Source of the DNA: an uncultured delta proteobacterium
GTDB lineage: Bacteria; Desulfobacterota; Desulfuromonadia; Desulfuromonadales; JACZKF01
Length of the DNA stretch: 64,000 nt
NCBI GenBank assembly: GCA_963816395.1
Contig: CAWFKQ010000010.1
Location: forward strand, 1-64,000
Direction: 5' to 3'
The notes under the pieces are model-generated. The model did not search any database and was not told the origin of the DNA. It was given only the letters and a program-made list of their open reading frames with translations. Positions 8,482 through 16,293 of this stretch are shown here, piece by piece (position 1 is the first letter of the stretch; every line of letters starts with the position of its first letter). Position numbers and translations under genes: made by a program.

Positions 8482-10035
8482 ATGCTTGATTTTTTGCTCA
8501 TCCATCCACCGGCGGTGAAACCGGCGGAGCCGCCTCTCGGTCCTGCCGTCCTGCTCGCCCATCTGCGCGCCTGCGGTCTGCGGGGTGAAGTGCTCGACGC
8601 CAATCTTGCGGCCTACCTGCACCTGCTCCGGCCGGAGCGACTGGCGGCTGCCGCCGGCGCCGCTGCCCCAACCGCCTTGCGGCGGGCGGTGCGCCACGCG
8701 GAGGAGTCCCTGGCGTTCCTGCGCTCGCCGGCCGCGGCCGCCTCCTTCCCCCGCTATGTCACCGCCGTCGGCCATCTCAACCGGGCGCTGACGGTGTGGG
8801 GCGACGGGGGCGAGCGCCTCAGCCTGGGGGATTACCGCCACGGTGGCCTCTCCGAATTCGCCCCGGCCGACCTCGAGCGGCTGGCCGCCGGCGACGGCAA
8901 GACCCTCTTCAGCGAATATTTCCGGGAGATCCTGCTGCCGCAGGTGGCTGAACTGCGGCCGCGGCTGGTGGGCATCTCGGTCAACTACCGCCACCAGATC
9001 CTTCCCGCCTTCGAGCTGGCCGGACTGCTGGGGCGCCGCTTCCCGGAACTGCCGGTGGTCGGCGGCGGCGGCGTCTTCAGCTCCTGGCGGGCGGCGCTGC
9101 GCCGCCGTGACCTGCGCTTCTCCCCATTCTCCCGGCTGATCTTCGGTCCCGGCGAGGGACCGCTGGCCGCTCTCGCCGCGGGCTCGGCGCCTGCGGATTA
9201 CTTTCTCGAAGAGCCGGCGCCGGTCGCCTTCCGTCCCGATTTCTCCTTCGCCCGGCTAGCGGATTACCTGTCGCCGCTGCCGGTCCTGCCGGTGAGCGCC
9301 TCCCGCGGCTGTTACTGGCAGAAGTGCCTGTTCTGCCCGGAGGCGGCGGCCCCGATCCATTCCTACGCCTGCCTGCCGCCGGCGGAATTCCCGGCGCTGC
9401 TGCGTCGTTTGGCGGTGGAGAACGGGGTTGGCCACTTTCATTTCACCGATGACGCGGTGCCGGCCGCAGTGCTGCGCCAATTGGCAGGCGCCGGGGCGGA
9501 GATGGCCGGCATCACCTGGCACGGGTTTGTCCGCTTCGAGCGCCCTCTGCTCGAGCCGGCGCTCCCCGCCGCTCTCGCCGCGGCCGGCTGCCGGCTGCTC
9601 CAGTTGGGGCTGGAGAGCGGTTCGCAGGCGGTTCTCGATCGCCTGCGCAAGGGGACGCGGCTGGATGAGGCGGCGACCATTCTGGCTAACCTGCGTACGG
9701 CCGGCATCGCCGCCTTCGTTTACGTTCTCCTCGGCACCCCCGGCGAGAGCGCCGCCGAGGCCGGCCAGACCCTGGCCTTTCTGGAAGAGCACGCGGAAGC
9801 CATCGATTTTCTCAACCTGGCGATCATGAACCTGCCGCGCGGCGTCGCTCCGGACGAACTGGCGGCGGAGGAGCCGCTCGGGTTCTACCGGGAAAGCCCG
9901 GCGTCCCCCGGCTGGGAGCGGGGCGATGTGCGCCGCTTCCTCCAGGGGCGGCTGCTCGGCTCCCCCGCCATCCGCACCATCGTCAACCGCACGCCGCCGG
10001 TGTTTACTTCCAACCACGCCTTCCTGTTCCGCTAG
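8482..10035 (+). CDS. B12-binding-domain radical SAM protein
   Basis: RGCYWQKCLFC CxxxCxxC motif; N-terminal LIHPP..PPLG, GISVNYRHQ and VVGGGG cobalamin-domain-like segments; LGLESGS. Confidence 0.85.
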   Translation: MLDFLLIHPPAVKPAEPPLGPAVLLAHLRACGLRGEVLDANLAAYLHLLRPERLAAAAGAAAPTALRRAVRHAEESLAFLRSPAAAASFPRYVTAVGHLNRALTVWGDGGERLSLGDYRHGGLSEFAPADLERLAAGDGKTLFSEYFREILLPQVAELRPRLVGISVNYRHQILPAFELAGLLGRRFPELPVVGGGGVFSSWRAALRRRDLRFSPFSRLIFGPGEGPLAALAAGSAPADYFLEEPAPVAFRPDFSFARLADYLSPLPVLPVSASRGCYWQKCLFCPEAAAPIHSYACLPPAEFPALLRRLAVENGVGHFHFTDDAVPAAVLRQLAGAGAEMAGITWHGFVRFERPLLEPALPAALAAAGCRLLQLGLESGSQAVLDRLRKGTRLDEAATILANLRTAGIAAFVYVLLGTPGESAAEAGQTLAFLEEHAEAIDFLNLAIMNLPRGVAPDELAAEEPLGFYRESPASPGWERGDVRRFLQGRLLGSPAIRTIVNRTPPVFTSNHAFLFR

Positions 10036-10145
10036 CGGGGGGATGGATAGCGTCGCCCAAGTCGACACGGCAGGGAGCTTGTGATAAGGTGCTGCTTCCG
10101 TAAAGCACTCTTTCGCGTCCCCGGCTTCCCCCCAATATCTGGAAG

Positions 10146-11191
10146 ATGATGGAAGACTGGCAGCAATCGCTCAAGGAAAGCATCACCGACCCGGCCGCCC
10201 TGGCGGCGCGCTTCGGCCTCGACCCGGCGCCCCTGGCGGCGGTGGCGGCGCGCTATCCTCTGCGCATCACGCCGCATTACCTGGGGCTGATCGAGCAGCC
10301 GGGCGATCCCATCTGGCGGCAGTGCATGCCCGATCCGGCGGAGCTGGCGCCGGACGATCTGCCGGCTGATCCTCTGGCCGAGGAGAACCTGTCGCCGGTG
10401 CCGGCGGTGATCCACCGCTATCCGGACCGTGTCGTCCTGCTCGCTTCCAATGTCTGCGCCGTCTACTGCCGCTTCTGCACCCGCAAGCGGCGGGTCGGGT
10501 GCCGCGAGCGGAATCTTTCCTTCGATGCCGTGCGCGACGGCATCGATTACATCGCCAGCACCCCGGCGGTGCGTGATGTCGTCCTGTCGGGTGGCGATCC
10601 TCTGCTGCTCCCCGACTGCTTTCTGCAGGAGATTCTCGAGCGTCTGCAGCGTCTGCCGCATCTGGAGATGATCCGCATCGGCAGCCGCCTGCCGGTCACT
10701 CTTCCCGAACGGATCACCGATAAACTGGTCGCCCTGCTGCGCCGTTTCCAGCCGCTGTATCTCAATACCCACTTCAATCACCCGCGGGAAATCACCGCGG
10801 AAAGCGCCGAGGCCTGCCGGCGACTGGCTGACGCGGGGATCCCCCTGGGCAATCAGACGGTGCTGCTGCGCGGGGTCAACGACCGCCCAGAGATCATGGC
10901 GGCTTTGTGCAAGGGGCTGTTGCGCCTGCGGGTGCGTCCCTATTACCTGCATCAGATGGACCTGACGCGCGGCACCGGGCATTTCCGTACCCGGGTGGAG
11001 ACGGGACTGGAAATTCTGCATTCCCTGCGCGGCCCGATTTCCGGGCTGGCAATTCCGCACTATGTCATCGACCTGCCGGGGGGAAGGGGAAGGTGCCGGT
11101 GCTGCCGGAATATCTGGAAAGTCTGGGGGAGAGGCTCGTCTTGCGGACTCCGTCCGGGGAGAGGGTGGTTTATCCCAACCGGATCGCTTGA
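10146..11191 (+). CDS. epmB: KamA-family lysine 2,3-aminomutase (EpmB-like); frameshift near 11090
   Basis: HRYPDR, CAVYCRFCTRKR, LSGGDPL, HFNHPRE, NQTVLLRGVND and PGGKGKVP; convergent with epmA. Confidence 0.88.
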
Positions 11192-11300
11192 CCAAAGGGG
11201 ATGGAGGCAGGTGGCGCCTCCGCGAGGGGCGCCAAGCGTGCGGCGTAAGGGGTTGAAAGCCTTTATCGCCTCTCGGCAAGGAAGGCGTGCGGATATTGGC

Positions 11301-11328
11301 AGGGACGGGCGGATGTCCGTCCTTTTAT
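11301..11328 (+). terminator. Probable intrinsic terminator downstream of epmB
   Basis: GGACGGGC-ggat-GTCCGTCC followed by TTTTAT. Confidence 0.55.
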
Positions 11329-11357
11329 GTGGAATTACGATTTCTGATTGGAAATGA

Positions 11358-11492
11358 TCAGTGGTCGGCGATTTCCCCGCGCTCATGGAATGGGCGGGTG
11401 CGTTCCTCGACGAGATAGGCGAGATAGAACCAGATCTGGAGACCGAGGCAGCCGCAGACCATCAGAAAAAGCAGGAGAAAGTACGTCTTCAT
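11358..11492 (-). CDS. Small (44 aa) putative single-pass membrane protein
   Basis: MKTYFLLLFLMVCGCLGLQIWFYLAYLVEERTRPFHERGEIADH*; AGGGAGGT RBS; own sigma70-like promoter. Confidence 0.6.
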   Translation of the reverse strand: MKTYFLLLFLMVCGCLGLQIWFYLAYLVEERTRPFHERGEIADH

Positions 11493-11590
11493 CTTTGACA
11501 CCTCCCTTGGGTGGGCCACCGTGGCCTGTCACCCGGAAAAAGCGTTGGAAGAAGAAAGAACGAAGCCCAGCCGTTGGTACGGTCGTGATA

Positions 11591-11619
11591 ATTATGGCGG
11601 AAGTACCGGTCATTTTCAA
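11591..11619 (-). promoter_or_regulatory. Sigma70-type promoter for the small ORF
   Basis: TTGAAA-17 nt-CATAAT with an upstream A/T tract. Confidence 0.6.
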
Positions 11620-11637
11620 AACATTTTTTTAAAAATT

Positions 11638-12549
11638 CTATAGGTCTTCGGGGGTGAATGCCACCACCTCGTCGATATTGCGCATGCCCGTAAGCAGCAT
11701 GATCAGCCGGTCGACGCCGAGAGCGATGCCGGCTGCCGCCGGCATGACGGCCAGCTCGCGCAGAAAGGCCTCGGGAACGGGATAGGGGAGTTTGCCGGCG
11801 GCGCGGCGCGCGCCCTCCTCCTCCTCGAAGCGCTTCCGCTGTTCGGCGGGGTCGGTGAGTTCGGAGAAGGCATTGGCCAGTTCCAGGCCTCCGGCGTAGA
11901 GCTCGAAGCGTTCGGCGACCGCCGGATTTTCCGGTTTGCGCCGGGCCAGGGCGGCCAGGGGGGTGGGATAATCGATGAGAAAGACCGGTCTTTCCCATCC
12001 CAGGTGCGGCTCGATCTGCAGCGCGATGATTTCATCGAAGCGGCCGGCCGCCAGGGCCGCCTGCGGGGTGGTGCCGGCGAACCGGGCGAACGCTTCGGCG
12101 ACGCTCAGTCGCGGCCAGGGGGGGCCGAGATCGATCGCGCGCCCCTGCCAGACGAGCTTGCCAGCCGGCGCCAGCGCCGCCAGCAGTGCTTCGCACTCGG
12201 TCATCAGCGCCCGGTAATCGACCCCCGTCCGGTACCATTCGAGCATGGTGTATTCCGGCAGATGCCGGCTGCCCCGCTCCCCCTGCCGCCAGCAGCGGCA
12301 AAGCTGGAATAATTGCGGGTAGCCGGCCGCCAGCAGGCGCTTCATGCACAGTTCGGGAGAGGTATGGAGGAACCAGCCGTCGGCCGGCACGGCATCGATG
12401 TAGGACTCCGGAGCGTTGCCGGGAAGGCGGTGCGGTGTTTCCACCTCCAGGTAGCCCAGGCCAATGAAAAAAGCCCGGATCGACTGCACGATCCGGGCCC
12501 TTTGTTCGAGAATCGATCTTTTCCGGGCCAGCGCCCAGTTGACATCCAT
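11638..12549 (-). CDS. epmA: EF-P lysine aminoacylase EpmA (GenX)
   Basis: LHTSPELCMKRLL, HLPEYTMLEWY, ERFELY, ELANAFSEL and GIALGVDRL; no anticodon-binding domain. Confidence 0.95.
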   Translation of the reverse strand: MDVNWALARKRSILEQRARIVQSIRAFFIGLGYLEVETPHRLPGNAPESYIDAVPADGWFLHTSPELCMKRLLAAGYPQLFQLCRCWRQGERGSRHLPEYTMLEWYRTGVDYRALMTECEALLAALAPAGKLVWQGRAIDLGPPWPRLSVAEAFARFAGTTPQAALAAGRFDEIIALQIEPHLGWERPVFLIDYPTPLAALARRKPENPAVAERFELYAGGLELANAFSELTDPAEQRKRFEEEEGARRAAGKLPYPVPEAFLRELAVMPAAAGIALGVDRLIMLLTGMRNIDEVVAFTPEDL

Positions 12550-12550
12550 G

Positions 12551-12588
12551 GTCACCTTGAACCTTGGGCCTTAAACTTGGGCCTGCCT
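12551..12588 (-). repeat. Short heptamer tract between efp and epmA
   Basis: aggcccaagtttaaggcccaaggttcaagg on the transcribed strand. Confidence 0.6.
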
Positions 12589-13152
12589 CTATTCCTTCGC
12601 CCGGGTGACGTACTGCCCGGTGCGGGTGTCGATCTGGATGAGGTCCCCTTCCTCGACGAAGGAAGGGACGGAGAGGGTATAGCCGCTCTCGACGGTGGCC
12701 GGTCTGTTGTTGCCGGCGGCGGTATCCCCCTTGACCCAGGGATCGGACTGGGTGATACGCAGATTGACGAAGTTGGGGAGAGTGATGCCGATGCCGCGGC
12801 CGTTGAACATCAGGATTTTAACTTCCATGTTGTCCTTGAGGAAGTAGCGGTCATCGCCCAGGGTGTCCTCGGAGAGGTGCACCTGTTCGAAGGTCTTGCT
12901 GTCCATGAAGACATAACCGCTGTCGTCCTGGTAGAGGTACAGCATGTCGCGGTCTTCCAGGCTGGCCTGCTCGAAGGATTCGCCCGAGCGATAGGTGCGG
13001 TCGAAGAGCGAGCCGGTGATCATGTTGCGCAGCTTGCACTTGTACAGGGCCTGTCCCTTGCCGGGCTTGGTGAAATCGAACTGAACGATGACGTGCGGCT
13101 CACCGTCGATCATCACCTTCAGCCCTTTTTTCAGGTCGGCGCAGGTATACAT
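12589..13152 (-). CDS. efp: Elongation factor P, lysine (PGKG) type
   Basis: TKPGKGQA loop; PWVKGDTA and IDTRTGQYVTR. Confidence 0.97.
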   Translation of the reverse strand: MYTCADLKKGLKVMIDGEPHVIVQFDFTKPGKGQALYKCKLRNMITGSLFDRTYRSGESFEQASLEDRDMLYLYQDDSGYVFMDSKTFEQVHLSEDTLGDDRYFLKDNMEVKILMFNGRGIGITLPNFVNLRITQSDPWVKGDTAAGNNRPATVESGYTLSVPSFVEEGDLIQIDTRTGQYVTRAKE

Positions 13153-13319
13153 GGGTGGATCTCCTTTGACGGTATTTGCTGCGACCACGGGTCGCAAACA
13201 TCATATTAGAGCATAGGGGGGCGGTTTTTGTCACGGGAAAATTGACGGGGAGATTGCCCGGTTTTCCCCTCTGTGGTACATTTGCCGCCGTTCCCATCGA
13301 CAGCTGAAGGAGAAATAAT

Positions 13320-13883
13320 ATGCTTACCACCGCCGAACTGAAGCGCGGCCTGGTCATCCAGCTCGACAACGCCCCCTGTCTGGTCATCGAAGTCTCGTTC
13401 CAGTCCCCTTCCGCCCGGGGCGGCAATACCCTGGTCAAGACCAAATACCGCAACCTGCTCACCGGCCAGGTACTGGAGAAGACCTTCAAGGCCGGCGACA
13501 AACTCGACGAAGCCGATTTCGAACGCCACAAAGGACAGTTTCTTTACGCCGCCGGCGATCAGGGGGTGTTCATGGATCTGGAGACCTATGAGCAGTTTGA
13601 GCTTGGCGATGAGTTGTACGAGCCGGTGAGCGGCTTCCTGCTGGAGGGGATGGAGGTACAGCTCGGCTTGTTCCAGGGGCAGGTAGTCAGCATCGACGCG
13701 CCGATGGTGGTCGAGTTGACGGTCACCGAAACCGCTCCGGCAATCAGGCACGCCACCGCCACCGCCCAGACCAAGGAGGCGCTGCTGGAAACCGGTCTGC
13801 GGATCCAGGTGCCGGGCTACCTGGAGTCGGGCGAAAAGATACGCGTCGATACCCGCGACGGGAGGTTCGTTTCACGGGCCTGA
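13320..13883 (+). CDS. efpL: Elongation factor P-like protein, EfpL/YeiP-type loop
   Basis: EF-P fold with QSPSARGGNT loop (E. coli YeiP has SPTARG); AAGGAG RBS; TTGCCC-17-TACATT promoter. Confidence 0.8.
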   Translation: MLTTAELKRGLVIQLDNAPCLVIEVSFQSPSARGGNTLVKTKYRNLLTGQVLEKTFKAGDKLDEADFERHKGQFLYAAGDQGVFMDLETYEQFELGDELYEPVSGFLLEGMEVQLGLFQGQVVSIDAPMVVELTVTETAPAIRHATATAQTKEALLETGLRIQVPGYLESGEKIRVDTRDGRFVSRA

Positions 13884-13901
13884 TGGCACCGGCAGCGCCG
13901 T

Positions 13902-13937
13902 AAAAAAGGCCGTCCGCATTTGCGGATGGCCTTTTTT
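13902..13937. terminator. Bidirectional intrinsic terminator
   Basis: AAAAAGGCCGTCCGC-attt-GCGGATGGCCTTTTTT between convergent genes. Confidence 0.85.
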
Positions 13938-13960
13938 GCGGGCATTCCGGGGAAGCAGGC

Positions 13961-14545
13961 TCAGGAGCTTCTGCCCTCGCCCCTGCCGACGGTCCGGGCA
14001 ATGCCGGCACAAACGGCGGCCGCGCCGCCCAGGATCCCTTCGTAGCCGGCCAGGAGATCGGCCAGTTGCCCCAGTCCGGCCGGCCCGGCGGTGCGCAGCA
14101 GCAGATGCAGGAGCAGGGCGCCGAAGACGACCTGCAGGAATCGGCCGAGGCGGAAGGTGGCGAGAAAGAGGACGGCGGTGAACAGCCCCCACACTCCCAG
14201 GTAGGCGGTCATGGCAGCCGGCTGGGGGAGTTGGCCGAAACCGGCACGGGGCAGGATGGTCAGGGCCACCAGAGAGAGCCAGAAGAGGCCGTAGGAGATA
14301 AAGGCGGTCGCGCCGAAAGCGCAACCGCGCCGCCATTCCATCATTCCGACCAGGATCTGGCCGACGCTGCCGTAGAAAATCCCCATGGCCAGAATGGGGG
14401 CGTTCGGGGTGAAAAGTCCGGCGCCGTTGAGATTGAAGAGGAGAAAGGTCAGGCCAAACAGCACCAGCCCCAGGGGTGCCGGCGGTTCGGAAGCTTCGAT
14501 GTCCAGGGGAGCGAGGCCAAGCGGAGAGGCGGCTGGTGGGCGCAT
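13961..14545 (-). CDS. satP: GPR1/FUN34/YaaH (SatP) family acetate/carboxylate channel, divergent
   Basis: PAPLGL..FG, ILAMGIFYG, AFISYGLFW and YLGVWGLFT motifs; six TM helices. Confidence 0.82.
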   Translation of the reverse strand: MRPPAASPLGLAPLDIEASEPPAPLGLVLFGLTFLLFNLNGAGLFTPNAPILAMGIFYGSVGQILVGMMEWRRGCAFGATAFISYGLFWLSLVALTILPRAGFGQLPQPAAMTAYLGVWGLFTAVLFLATFRLGRFLQVVFGALLLHLLLRTAGPAGLGQLADLLAGYEGILGGAAAVCAGIARTVGRGEGRSS

Positions 14546-14637
14546 AGGGTCCTCGATGGGAAATAAAGGGGTAAGGCCGAACCATCCCTCAATAATCCGA
14601 GCCTCCCCGGATCAGGGAGTAACTGCCTACTTGTCGA

Positions 14638-14653
14638 AGCAAACGGCATACCA
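14638..14653 (-). promoter_or_regulatory. Sigma54 (-24/-12) promoter for the satP-like gene
   Basis: TGGTATGCCGTTTGCT gives GG-N10-GC, close to the TGGCACG-N4-TTGCW consensus. Confidence 0.8.
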
Positions 14654-14690
14654 AGCCCCTGGTTTTGCCTTCTGTTTTAAAATCTTTAAA

Positions 14691-14703
14691 AATCAGTCAG
14701 TTG
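14691..14703. promoter_or_regulatory. IHF binding site
   Basis: AATCAGTCAGTTG matches WATCARNNNNTTR, with an adjacent AT tract, between the promoter and the enhancer candidates. Confidence 0.65.
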
Positions 14704-14735
14704 TAAATAATGCCTGGGCAAGCCTGGCGGCAGGA

Positions 14736-14901
14736 TTTGCATGGATGCGAAGAAAAGTGGGACGGTGGCGCGGAGGGCTCTGCCGGAAGCGCCCTGGAAA
14801 AAGAATTTATTCGGATAACAGTGGTTTGCGGGAGGCCCCAGGGCGGATAAGGATTTTCGCGGTCCTGCAAAGGGACTGGAAGGTGTTCGCGTTTCTGCAA
14901 A
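14736..14901. promoter_or_regulatory. Three candidate enhancer (UAS) sites, TTCGC-N5-TGCAAA
   Basis: 14736-14751 (reverse orientation), 14856-14871 and 14886-14901. Confidence 0.6.
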
Positions 14902-14908
14902 AACCGCC

Positions 14909-16286
14909 TCAGGAAAAATCCTCCTTGCGCAGGTCGTATTTTTTCAGCTTGCGGTAGATGGTGGCCATGTTCATTCCCGCCTCCCTGGCTGCCGCCTCGA
15001 CATTGCCCCCGGCGCGCTGCAGCAGTTCGCTGAAAATAATCGATTTCGAAGCGGGCCATGGCCGCCGAGTAATCGTCCTCCGTCTGCTCGGCCGGGTCGG
15101 CGGCCCCCGCCGGCAGGTCAATGAACTGGGCCAGAACCGGCAGGGTGATGCAGTCCTCGGTCTCAATGGCCAGGCAGGCCTCGATGACGTTTTGCAGTTG
15201 CCGGATATTCCCCGGCCAGGAGAAATCGACTGTGGCCCGCAGCGCCTCCGGCGAGAAGCCCTTGATGCGGGTGCCGAATTTCTCGTTCAGCTGCTTGATA
15301 AAGTGCGCCGCCAGAAGAGGGATATCTTCCCGGCGCTGGCGCAGCGGCGGCAGGTGAAGGTTGACAACGTTCAGCCGGTAATAAAGATCCTCGCGGAGAG
15401 TGCCTTGTTTCACCGCACTCTGCAGATCGGAATTGGTGGCGGAAAGGATGCGCACATCGACTTTGGTCGGGCGGGTCTCGCCAAGGCGCAGGAATTCCTT
15501 TTCCTGCAGGAATCGCAGCAGCGTTTTCTGCACGTTTACCGGCAGATTGCCAACTTCGTCGAGGAACAGGGTGCCGCCGTCGGCTGCCTCCAAAAGCCCC
15601 TGGCGGTTCTCGCCGGCACCCGTGAAGGCACCCTTCTTGTGGCCGAACAGCTCCCCCTCGAGGAGCGATTCCGGCAAAGCGCCGCAGTTGATGGCGACGA
15701 AGCGACCCTCCCGGCGCGGGGAATTGTAATGGATGGCCTGGGCGATCAACTCCTTGCCGGTCCCCGATTCGCCGGTGATCAGCACCGAGGTGTCGCGGAT
15801 GGCGATCTTTCCCACCTTCTCCAACAGCGCCTTGAGCCCGGCGGAGGCGCCGATGATGTTGTCGAAACGAAATTTCCCCACCAGCTCCTCACGCAGTTCC
15901 CGGTTTTCTTCCAGCAGATGGGTATGCTGCAGGGCGTTTTTGACCCGGTAGAGCAGCTCCTCCGGTTCGAAGGGTTTGGTCAGCATGTCATAGGCGCCGC
16001 TGCGCAGTGCCTGGATCGACATCTCCACGGTGGCGAAGGCGGTGATCATGATCACCGGCAGGGTCGCCGATCTGGTCCGGATCCGTTTCAGGACCTCCAG
16101 GCCGTCCAGCCCCGGCATCTTGATATCGGTGACCACCAGGTCCCAATCCTCCGGCCGGAAATCCTCCATCGCTTCGAGAGAGCGGGTAAAGGCCCGGACC
16201 GCGTAGCCGTGGTCGGTCAGCACCGCTTCCATCATCCGGCAAAGGCCTTCCTCGTTATCGATCAGCAGAATCCGCTTGGGTGCCAT
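14909..16286 (-). CDS. Sigma54-dependent NtrC-family response regulator (frameshift near 15040)
   Basis: REC domain (TDIKMPG), GESGTGKE, GAFTGA, FLDEVG, WPGNIRQL and a Fis-type HTH in the shifted frame. Confidence 0.95.
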
Positions 16287-16293
16287 ACTGGTT

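Noticed and set aside
10146..11191. KamA as part of a lysine fermentation or pyrrolysine pathway
   Set aside because: No kamDE, kdd or pyl genes are present; the short length and adjacency to epmA-efp favour an EpmB role.
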